Shown here: positions 10,723 to 18,976 of the stretch, piece after piece
Layout: the number at the start of each line of letters is the position of its first letter
Numbering within the stretch: position 1 is the stretch's first letter
Source: Verrucomicrobiota bacterium
GTDB taxonomy: Bacteria > Verrucomicrobiota > Verrucomicrobiia > Limisphaerales > SXQI01
NCBI GenBank assembly: GCA_033762115.1
Contig: JANRLX010000027.1
Span: 1-64,000 of the forward strand
Reading direction: 5' to 3'
DNA length: 64,000 bases
Notes under the pieces: generated by a model
What the model was told of the DNA's origin: nothing
What the model saw: the letters and a program-made list of their open reading frames with translations, nothing else
The model's database searches: none
Program-made: the position numbers and the translations under genes

Positions 10723-11928
10723 ATGGTACGTAAATTGACGCATTCACGGTTTTTCCTGGCAGCGACCGGGCTCATAGGTTTAACGAACTCCTCACAGGCT
10801 CTTCAGCCGAGCGATTTTCTCCTGTTCAGCAGAGGTTCATTGTCTCTACGTCCTTTGGCGGAGTTAAGCGAAACGTATAACGACAATATCTACTATCGAG
10901 AGAACAACCGGGTGGACGATTTTGTGACGGTTTTCACGCCGGGATTGAAATTACAATTAGGCCGGGTTGACGGGAATGTCCTGGCGTTTACCTACCGCCA
11001 TGACGAAGTTTTTTACCTTCAGGAGGATCAGCAAAATACGCGTCAGGAAAGGATGAATTTCCTGGCGACGATCCAGCAGGGGAAATTTGAAATTCGCGGC
11101 ACCGACTCCTGGGATCGCCTTTCCGGAATTGTTGGGGGAGGATTTAGTTCAGGGGGGCAGCAACTGGACCGCTGGATCTTTAACGATAACTGGACCATCC
11201 GATATGGGGTCACTGAAAAAACCCGGGTGTATGTCGAAGGAACTCATAACACCGTTGATTTTGATGAAGGGGAACCATTCTTCGATTCCAACACCCTGAT
11301 TGGAACTGTGGGTTTTGAAATGCAGCCGTTTTCCCGCACCAGTTTTTTTGGCGAAATTTATTACGGTCAGACCGCCACTGACCCGAATCTGAGCACCTTT
11401 CCAAAACCGCCTCACGCGGAATTCATCGGAGCCTTTTTAGGTGCCCGGGGAAATTTCACGGAGCGCCTTGTTGGCACAGTCAAAGCTGGTTACGAGCATC
11501 GCGAATTTAGTGGGAATTCTGGAACCTCGGATGCGCCAGTTGTGGAAGTAAATCTAACCCAATCATTTACCGAACGTTCAATCGCCTCGCTTACCTATAG
11601 CAGGAGGCAGCAGGTTTCGATTCAATTCGCCCGTTCCGGTTATGTTTCGGATGCGGTTAACCTGACCTACCGGCAACAGCTGGGAAATACTGGTCGTTTG
11701 TGGGGAACTCTGGGAACTCTTTACGAGCGGCATGATTATGATCCAACCACCCTTTTCGCCCAAAGAACGGATGAGTTGATGGGGCTGAACGCGAATATCA
11801 CCTATCGCTTTGAAACGTGGCTAACGGGAGTTGCGGCTTATAATTTTGAGTACTTTCAGTCAGACCTTCCTGCGGTGATTGACTATCATGCAAACAGGGT
11901 TACGCTGAGTGTTGCTGTGGGGTATTGA
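10723..11928 (+). CDS. outer-membrane beta-barrel protein associated with polysaccharide export
   Basis: Signal peptide, alternating amphipathic strands, terminal aromatic residue (VAVGY), directly upstream of OPX and Wzc. Confidence 0.8.
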   Translation: MVRKLTHSRFFLAATGLIGLTNSSQALQPSDFLLFSRGSLSLRPLAELSETYNDNIYYRENNRVDDFVTVFTPGLKLQLGRVDGNVLAFTYRHDEVFYLQEDQQNTRQERMNFLATIQQGKFEIRGTDSWDRLSGIVGGGFSSGGQQLDRWIFNDNWTIRYGVTEKTRVYVEGTHNTVDFDEGEPFFDSNTLIGTVGFEMQPFSRTSFFGEIYYGQTATDPNLSTFPKPPHAEFIGAFLGARGNFTERLVGTVKAGYEHREFSGNSGTSDAPVVEVNLTQSFTERSIASLTYSRRQQVSIQFARSGYVSDAVNLTYRQQLGNTGRLWGTLGTLYERHDYDPTTLFAQRTDELMGLNANITYRFETWLTGVAAYNFEYFQSDLPAVIDYHANRVTLSVAVGY

Positions 11929-11929
11929 T

Positions 11930-12517
11930 ATGTGTTTGCAATTCATCAAGCAGATTTTAGTCCGGTCTTTTTTGAGCGCGGCGTTCACCATCGCCGTTGT
12001 TGCTCAGGCGCAATCCAACCCTGACTATCAGATTGCAGCGCAGGACCTTCTCATTATTGATGTGGTCGGTGAAAAGGACCTCAGTGGCAAGGAATGCAGG
12101 GTGTCGAGCAGCGGGACCATTGTTTTTCCCTACCTCGGTTCTGTGGAGGTCAAGGGAAAGACTGTCACTGAAGTGACCGCCTTGTTGCGAGAACTGCTGG
12201 ACAAGGATTATCTGGTTGAACCGGAAGTAATGGTCACAGTTAAGGATTATCGGACGCGGGAAATCACTGTGATGGGTCCTGTGAATAAACCGGGCTCTGT
12301 TGTGCTTCCGGGTGAACAGAAAATTACGATTGTGGATGCCATCGGTCGCGCGGGTGGCCTGACGAAATTTGCCAACAAGGACAAAATCAAATTTACCCGC
12401 GATGGCCGGACGGAAACATTCAGTTTCGATACATTAAAAAAGACCGCCACGGACCCCCAGAAAGTGATTTACCTTCAGCCAGGGGACATCATCGAAGTCG
12501 CTGAAAATATTTTCTGA
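11930..12517 (+). CDS. short polysaccharide export (OPX/Wza-like) protein, Poly_export + SLBB
   Basis: YQIAAQD..V.SSGTIVFPYLG.V..GKT, V.GPVNKPG, AIGRAGG, LQPGDIIEV. Confidence 0.88.
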   Translation: MCLQFIKQILVRSFLSAAFTIAVVAQAQSNPDYQIAAQDLLIIDVVGEKDLSGKECRVSSSGTIVFPYLGSVEVKGKTVTEVTALLRELLDKDYLVEPEVMVTVKDYRTREITVMGPVNKPGSVVLPGEQKITIVDAIGRAGGLTKFANKDKIKFTRDGRTETFSFDTLKKTATDPQKVIYLQPGDIIEVAENIF

Positions 12518-12520
12518 TTT

Positions 12521-14659
12521 ATGGAATCTCCTGCTGTCCAGCCCAGTGAAACCCCGCTGCTCGATTCTGGTTTAAACATCCGGCATTATCTCCATATTCT
12601 TCTGGAACGAAGATGGCTGGCGATTTCCGCCTTTCTTGTGGTGGTGATTTTGACCGGGGTTTATCTGTTGCGGGCACCCAAGATTTATTCCGCCAGCGCA
12701 CGTGTCCAGATCAACCGAGAATCTGGAAACATCCTGAATGTCAAGGATGTCATGATGGAGGGGCGCGGTGAAATGGATTATTTGCAGACCCAATACAAAA
12801 ACCTGCAAAACCGCAGCCTGATCGCGACGGTGGTCAAAAAGCTCAGCCTCGAGAAGGATCCCCGCTATGCCCAGGCTGCCGATACAGTGAGCGCTGTGCT
12901 GGGGGATGTGAGCATTGCTCCGATTCGTCTTTCCCGGCTTGTGGATGTGCGGGTGCAGCATACCGACCCGGAGAAAGCCGCGAAAATTGCCAATACCATC
13001 GCGATGACTTTTGTTGAGAACAACCTGAACCAGAAAATGGAGGCTTCGATTGAAGCGGTGGAATGGCTCAAAACCCAGGTTTCAATTACCAAGGACAGCG
13101 TCAAGGCGGCTGAAGCAGCGCTACATTCCTACCAGACCAATTATAATGAAGTTTCCTTGGAGGAAGGGGAAAACATTGTGCGCGCAGGGTTGATGCAAGC
13201 CAAGGCCGAGTGGAGCAAAGCCAGCATTGAGGCGGCAAAATCCGCGGAGCTGGTTTCAGAAATCGACGCGCTTCTGAAAAGCGGCAAATCGCTGGATACC
13301 ATTCCACAAATCGCCGAGAACCCCACGATCCAAAAATTGAAGCAGGAGTTGTCCCTGAAGGAAGCGTCACTCGCATCGCTTCTCAAGCGGTATCGTGACA
13401 AGTATCCCAGTGTGATCCAGGCACGGGCGGAAATCGCCAATCTTCGTGAAAGCATCCAGAAATCCTGCCAATCCACTCTTGAATCATTGAGGAATGATGC
13501 CCAGATCAAGGCCAAAAGTGAGCAGGTCGCCAAAAGCATGGTCGCCAATGAAGAAAAGAAGCAGTTGCAGCTGAACCAGCTTCGAATCCAGTACAACTTG
13601 TTGAAACGGGAAGCTTCGAACAATCAATTGATTGCGGATAATGTCGCGGTTCGGATGCGTGAAACGGAGCTGATGAGCAAGCTGGACAGCAATAACATGC
13701 TGCTGGTCGATCCTGCGGTGGCTCCGCTGCGGCCAATTAAGCCGCATATCTTATTGACGATTGCTCTCGGAATTGTTGGAGGGTTTGCCACAGCGCTGGC
13801 GCTTGCCTTTTTCGTGAGTTACCTGGATGACTCGATCAAGAGCCAGGATGATGTGGAAACGTACCTCCGCCTGCCATTCCTTGGTTACGTTCCAAATATC
13901 AAAACGAACTCGGTTGTGGAACGGGACCTTCAGGCGCATCTCCATCCACAATCCAATGCAGCCGAAGGGTTCCGGACCATTCGGGCAACGATTTCCCTGA
14001 CGCCGCGGGCAAGCAGTTATCGCGTGATTTCGATCAGCAGCACGATTCCTTCGGAAGGAAAATCGCTGGTGGCTTCCAACCTGGCCATTGTGAATGCGCA
14101 AACCGGCCTGAAGACCCTGCTGGTGGATGCTGACTTGCGCCGCCCGTCTGTGCACAAGGCATTTCAATTGCACAGTCCAATTGGATTATCTTCATTCCTG
14201 ACCAAGGAAGTGGAAAGTCTGGATGAACTGATCCACACCACTGAAGTGCCCAACCTGGATGTGGTTTGCTGTGGGGCTGTCCCTGGCACTCCTTCAGAAT
14301 TGGTTGGCTCGCCACGGATGCAGCAATTTCTCCAGACTGTTCGCGGTCGCTATGATCGGGTGGTGCTGGATTGTCCTCCGATCTCGGCGGTGAGCGATCC
14401 ATTGGTGATCGCTTCGATGTCGGACGGAATTGTATTCGTGACGAAGTTTAATAAAATCCGCCGTGAGCATGCGAGAAAATCGGTCCAGCGATTGCAAAAT
14501 GCCGGCATTCACATCATGGGCGTGGTGATTAATGATATCGATTTTGAAGGGAAGGATTCGTACTACTACAGCTATTACTATTATCAGAATCGTTACTATT
14601 CGAGTCATTACAAAACCAAAAAGGATGGCGAAACGGTTGAGAAAACCGAGAAGGCATAG
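12521..14659 (+). CDS. wzc: polysaccharide co-polymerase / BY tyrosine kinase (Wzc-like)
   Basis: Two TMs flanking a coiled-coil; Walker A STIPSEGKS, A' VDADLRRP, B VVLDCPP; Tyr cluster SYYYSYYYYQNRYY. Confidence 0.93.
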   Translation: MESPAVQPSETPLLDSGLNIRHYLHILLERRWLAISAFLVVVILTGVYLLRAPKIYSASARVQINRESGNILNVKDVMMEGRGEMDYLQTQYKNLQNRSLIATVVKKLSLEKDPRYAQAADTVSAVLGDVSIAPIRLSRLVDVRVQHTDPEKAAKIANTIAMTFVENNLNQKMEASIEAVEWLKTQVSITKDSVKAAEAALHSYQTNYNEVSLEEGENIVRAGLMQAKAEWSKASIEAAKSAELVSEIDALLKSGKSLDTIPQIAENPTIQKLKQELSLKEASLASLLKRYRDKYPSVIQARAEIANLRESIQKSCQSTLESLRNDAQIKAKSEQVAKSMVANEEKKQLQLNQLRIQYNLLKREASNNQLIADNVAVRMRETELMSKLDSNNMLLVDPAVAPLRPIKPHILLTIALGIVGGFATALALAFFVSYLDDSIKSQDDVETYLRLPFLGYVPNIKTNSVVERDLQAHLHPQSNAAEGFRTIRATISLTPRASSYRVISISSTIPSEGKSLVASNLAIVNAQTGLKTLLVDADLRRPSVHKAFQLHSPIGLSSFLTKEVESLDELIHTTEVPNLDVVCCGAVPGTPSELVGSPRMQQFLQTVRGRYDRVVLDCPPISAVSDPLVIASMSDGIVFVTKFNKIRREHARKSVQRLQNAGIHIMGVVINDIDFEGKDSYYYSYYYYQNRYYSSHYKTKKDGETVEKTEKA

Positions 14660-14677
14660 TAATCGCATTCATTTTCG

Positions 14678-14711
14678 AAAGGCCAGGATTGTTCCTGGCC
14701 TTTTTTTATTT
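14678..14711 (+). terminator. Rho-independent terminator after wzc
   Basis: aaaggccagga-ttgt-tcctggccttt followed by a T run. Confidence 0.85.
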
Positions 14712-14795
14712 AATTGAAGCTTTCCGGTGTTACGGCTTCTCGAATCAGAGGAATGTTGCAAGCGACTCCTTTTGAAGGCAGACTGCGCCAAGTCG

Positions 14796-15470
14796 ATGCA
14801 AAATTTGATCCAGGGTGTGCACCGGTTTCAACGACACGAATTCGGGAAATATCGTGAGTTGTTTCAACGGTTGTCACGAGAAGGGCAGAAACCACACACA
14901 TTATTCATCACCTGCGCTGATTCCCGAGTGGTGGCCGAAATCATCACGCAGAGCAAGCCAGGCGATCTTTTTGTGATTAAAAATGTGGGGAACATTGTTC
15001 CCCAGGCCGGGCCGCGCGGAGTGGTGAATTCAACCGGCGCAGCCATCGAATTCGCAGTGTCGGCACTGGAAGTCTCAGACATCGTGGTTTGCGGACATAC
15101 GCAATGCGGCGCGATGATGGCTTTGGTGGATGGCGTGCCCGCGCAAAAACAGATGCCGCATCTTTGTGACTGGCTGGAAATTGCTGCCCCGGTGCGCAAT
15201 ATCATCCAGGAAAAGTATGCGAACCTTGCTTCGCTGGATAAACACACTGCCGCTGCCGAGGAGAATGTCCTGTTCGCTCTGGATAACCTGCATACTTATC
15301 CGATTGTTCAGGAGCGATTGGCCGCAGGGAAGCTGGCGATCCACGGGTGGATGTTTGAAATTGCCACGGCGCGTCTTTTTGCCTTTGAGCCGAGCCTGAA
15401 CCATTTCGTGCCGCTGGATGCGGGGAGTGGGAAAAACGGCCCAAAGTCCGACAAGTTGCCAGGACAGTGA
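14796..15470 (+). CDS. beta-carbonic anhydrase
   Basis: CADSR and HTQC zinc ligands, GDLFVIKNVGN; likely start ATG 14796. Confidence 0.93.
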   Translation: MQNLIQGVHRFQRHEFGKYRELFQRLSREGQKPHTLFITCADSRVVAEIITQSKPGDLFVIKNVGNIVPQAGPRGVVNSTGAAIEFAVSALEVSDIVVCGHTQCGAMMALVDGVPAQKQMPHLCDWLEIAAPVRNIIQEKYANLASLDKHTAAAEENVLFALDNLHTYPIVQERLAAGKLAIHGWMFEIATARLFAFEPSLNHFVPLDAGSGKNGPKSDKLPGQ

Positions 15471-15511
15471 TCTCTGCCGCCAGGGTAAGCAGCAGCAGCT
15501 CGAGTAGCAAT

Positions 15512-17953
15512 CTACGCTGTTTTCGCAGCAGCAACCGGAGCAGCGGAGGGAGGAGGAACGGCTTTTTTGGGAGCAGCGGATTCCGTGGACAATTTCCAGG
15601 GCACCTCAAAAATTTTCACTGGCTGACGAATTCCCTTCACTGTGACTGGCGGCAATTCAACGATGGTTTTGGCCAGTTCCGGATCGTCGCGCTGAATTTC
15701 CTTATAGGAAGCTTCGCTGATGATAATGCGGCCGCGTTGGGAAACGCCTTCCAGTCGGCTGGCGAGATTTACCTCGCGACCGAACACGGTGTAATTGAAA
15801 ATATGTGCTTCACTGCCCATGAGGCCGACAATTGCGACTCCTGTATTAATCCCGCTGCCGAGGCTCAAGAGGGGATGCATTTCCAATGGTTCCAGGCCGT
15901 TGGCAATCCGGGTTACATTTTCCACCTTGCGTCGCTCATTCTCGACGAATCGTTGCTGGTTCAATTCGTACATGCTTCGCTGAGCATCAATGGCGGCGCG
16001 AACGCAATAAAGAGCATGCTGCGGATTGGACACGGGCGCTCCCCAAAAAGCCATGACACAGTCACCAATATATTTATCGAGAGTGCCCTGATGTTTTTTG
16101 ATTTTATCGGCGATGGTGCTGAGGTAGAGGTTCACTGTAGCGAGGGTTTCAGCCGCCTTTAAATCGAAGTAAGCTTCGGCTTCCTTCGGGGAGAGATTAT
16201 TTTTGCGAATATATTCTTCAGCCGCGGCCTGGGCGCCATCAGTGAATTCCGTGAAACCGCGAATGTCTGCAAAGTAAACGGTGATATGGCGGCGAGCGCC
16301 GCCGAGGGAAAGTTTCTCGGCACTCAACAATTCCTGGACCACATCAGGAGAAACAATTTTGGTGAAGACACCTTTAACCCGGCGCTGTTCCTTTTGCTCG
16401 AACATGACCCGGTAGGTGACAAGGGCAAAGTGAGGCACGAACAGTCCCCCGATAATCGGGCCGACCAACGGCAGCCAATAACGATGTGAAACAAAGAGGA
16501 AAAATGCGGCCACTACCAGAAGCACAGCGATAAAAAGGACGGTCAATGAGGCGGTTAACACGCGCCCACGCCAGGTCAGAATTGAGGCGAGCAAACCCAT
16601 GGCGATGATGAGCATGGTTTCGGAAACGGGGCCCATTCGGAAAATGAAGCGATTGACCAGGAGGGAATTGGCGATGTTCAAATGCTTTGTGACCAGCGGG
16701 GTTTTGGATTCCAGAGGGGTTGCGCCGAGATCAGTAAAATTATTGCCTGTGGCCACGGAACCAACGACAACCAGTTTTCCTTTGAATGGGTGGGTCAAAT
16801 CATTGGTCACGCCTTCAAAACGGGCACGGTCCTGGATCAGCAGGTCTGAAACTTTACCAAAGTGAATGGGCAATCTTTCGGCCTTTAAATCCTCGAAGGG
16901 GATGGACCAATCCACATAAAAATAATGATCTTCATCCGTGGGGATGATTCGTTCGATGCCCTCCTTGTCCTTGAGGACGATCCGATCCTTTTCGATTTGC
17001 GCCTGGTCAAGATCGATCCCGAGATGTTGTGCCGCCAGCACAATTCCCAGGGTCCATATCCGTTTCAACATGAACGGTTGCTGGTCATCCGAACCGGCAT
17101 CAGCGGGGTCGTCACTGATGTTCAGCGATCCATCCCGAGTCATTTTTAACGTGCCGTTTGGATTGAGTGGAACCTCAAGAGGTTCAAATGTTTCGCCTCC
17201 CTGCGGCAACCTTGGAATCTGGAGCTTGTCAGGGAATACGCGCATCTGATCGAGATCGAGTTGAAAAATCTTCTGCTGCTGAAGGAGGAGGGGATGCCAC
17301 ATTTTGAGTTCATTAAAAACGCGGACACGGCGAAGCACTCCGTAATCGGTGCGTGAAGCGATATTTGCCAGACCGGCGGCGGATTCCATCAACAGCTCGG
17401 TAGGCATGACGTCCCCTTCGCTGGCCAGGTAAACGTTGCCCCCGTGTGCCATTTGAAGGGCCAGGAATTCATCCGAGGTAACGGTATTCGTCTCGTCGAT
17501 TTGAACAGTTTTCTTTGGGTCAGGTTCCTCTTCCTCGGAGAAAAAAATATCGAAGCCGATTGCCTTCGCTCCCTGGGCGTTCATCTCCCTGATGAACTGG
17601 CCATAAAGAAAGCGCGGCCAGGGTGGTTTGAACTTCAAGTTGGCAATATTGCCGTCATCCCATGCAGGGGCAAAAAAGGGGGAGAGACTGCCGCCATTAA
17701 TCCGTTCGACAGCTTCGTCATCAAACAAAAGACATCCAAGGTTTGTAGCGAAAGCTGAGGGGTCATTGAAATTGAGGGCGGCACGAACCCGAGCGTCGTA
17801 ACTGATGGCTTCGAGGCGGTCGAGCAGGTCAAATTTGAATTGGGTTTCCGGGGTATTGCGGGTCTGAATTCCCAACCAATAAATTGAGCAAACGAAGAGA
17901 AGGGAAAGCGCAGTGATGAGGGCTGGAACAACTGCCTTTGCGCTTGGTTTCAC
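15512..17953 (-). CDS. CHASE2-domain class III adenylate cyclase
   Basis: N-terminal TM; PWPR, AIGFDIFF, GKLVVVGS CHASE2 motifs; 3 TMs; FADIRGFT, DKYIGD, NYTVFGREVNLASRLEG. Start GTG 17953, possibly as far up as 17986. Confidence 0.92.
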   Translation of the reverse strand: MKPSAKAVVPALITALSLLFVCSIYWLGIQTRNTPETQFKFDLLDRLEAISYDARVRAALNFNDPSAFATNLGCLLFDDEAVERINGGSLSPFFAPAWDDGNIANLKFKPPWPRFLYGQFIREMNAQGAKAIGFDIFFSEEEEPDPKKTVQIDETNTVTSDEFLALQMAHGGNVYLASEGDVMPTELLMESAAGLANIASRTDYGVLRRVRVFNELKMWHPLLLQQQKIFQLDLDQMRVFPDKLQIPRLPQGGETFEPLEVPLNPNGTLKMTRDGSLNISDDPADAGSDDQQPFMLKRIWTLGIVLAAQHLGIDLDQAQIEKDRIVLKDKEGIERIIPTDEDHYFYVDWSIPFEDLKAERLPIHFGKVSDLLIQDRARFEGVTNDLTHPFKGKLVVVGSVATGNNFTDLGATPLESKTPLVTKHLNIANSLLVNRFIFRMGPVSETMLIIAMGLLASILTWRGRVLTASLTVLFIAVLLVVAAFFLFVSHRYWLPLVGPIIGGLFVPHFALVTYRVMFEQKEQRRVKGVFTKIVSPDVVQELLSAEKLSLGGARRHITVYFADIRGFTEFTDGAQAAAEEYIRKNNLSPKEAEAYFDLKAAETLATVNLYLSTIADKIKKHQGTLDKYIGDCVMAFWGAPVSNPQHALYCVRAAIDAQRSMYELNQQRFVENERRKVENVTRIANGLEPLEMHPLLSLGSGINTGVAIVGLMGSEAHIFNYTVFGREVNLASRLEGVSQRGRIIISEASYKEIQRDDPELAKTIVELPPVTVKGIRQPVKIFEVPWKLSTESAAPKKAVPPPSAAPVAAAKTA

Positions 17954-18020
17954 GAGGGGATAAAAACAAAAAACCCAGAGCAACACAAGGTTACTCTGGG
18001 TTGGAGAGCGAAGATTCTAA

Positions 18021-18863
18021 TTAGTCGTTGTGGATAGGGCTGGCACTGCCATTATCGATGGCGTCATCGTTTGGCGTTTGAGGCTGGAAGACCGGGCCAC
18101 CTGTGGTGTCACCGGTGGTTTGGCCGCCGCCTGAGATTCCACCATCAGGGGTGGTTTGATAACCAGTTAAAGTATCAGTGATTGTTCCGTCCGGATTGGT
18201 GCGGAGACCGATCACGATGGTTGTGACTTCACCACGGAGTGTGTTGAGAGTGGTGGTGTCAACAGATTCAACTGTGGCAGTATTGCCAGTTGGAGGAGAG
18301 ACTGTCTGGCCAGCACCGACATTGGCAGTAACAGTTTCGCCGGTAGTGAGGTTGACATAGACGACGGTGACATTACCGGAAATGACAGTGACAGTGCCGT
18401 TAGCGCTGATGTCATATTCAGTGCCGCGAATACCTGCGACACCGCGTGGGGTCTTGACTTCATACTTGGAAGCAGCGGCGAGTTTCTTGACGTTGCCGAG
18501 GATGCGACCGTTCTTGAGATCCAATTGAGTTTCGATGACCTTTTCGACACCGGTATTTTCAACATCCAGACGATCCAGACCGAGGGTGGTGTCAGAAGTG
18601 ACGCGAACGACAGGGCCGTTATCGCCGAGGAAGAGATCGACTGTGCCTTCAGCGGCAGTGCGAACAGAGGAGCTTGGGTTGAGGGTCATACCCACTTTGG
18701 CAGGCTTCCATGCGCCACCTTTTTCAGACTGAACCTGGGCATCACCACGGACAGCGCGGACGACGGCTTTATTCTGTTTTGCTTCTGCAGTTGTCACACA
18801 AAGCGCCACCGTTAGCGCCACAGCCCACCCTAAGACTTTTGAAAATCTTCCAACTGGTTTCAT
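18021..18863 (-). CDS. secreted FecR-domain protein with Thr/Gly-rich C-terminal tail
   Basis: SD aggag, signal peptide ending AEA, VKTPRGVAGIRGT FecR-like motif, low-complexity tail. Confidence 0.85.
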   Translation of the reverse strand: MKPVGRFSKVLGWAVALTVALCVTTAEAKQNKAVVRAVRGDAQVQSEKGGAWKPAKVGMTLNPSSSVRTAAEGTVDLFLGDNGPVVRVTSDTTLGLDRLDVENTGVEKVIETQLDLKNGRILGNVKKLAAASKYEVKTPRGVAGIRGTEYDISANGTVTVISGNVTVVYVNLTTGETVTANVGAGQTVSPPTGNTATVESVDTTTLNTLRGEVTTIVIGLRTNPDGTITDTLTGYQTTPDGGISGGGQTTGDTTGGPVFQPQTPNDDAIDNGSASPIHND

Positions 18864-18910
18864 AAGTATTTTCGCTCCTGGTTTAATCAATAACAATAGA
18901 ATCCGCGCCC

Positions 18911-18938
18911 ACTCTAGAGAGTCGCAAAGGATTGTCAA
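18911..18938 (-). promoter_or_regulatory. sigma70-like promoter for FecR/cyclase genes
   Basis: Minus strand TTGACA -16- TAGAGT. Confidence 0.6.
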
Positions 18939-18976
18939 TCGTATATTTCGAGAGACTCTCCCAGATCTTGATACGA

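Noticed and set aside
14556..14610. TAC/TAT microsatellite-like run
   Set aside because: Encodes the normal Wzc tyrosine cluster
15467..16162. 231-aa plus-strand ORF overlapping the CA stop
   Set aside because: Antisense to the cyclase catalytic domain; low-complexity artefact of its Ala/Pro tail
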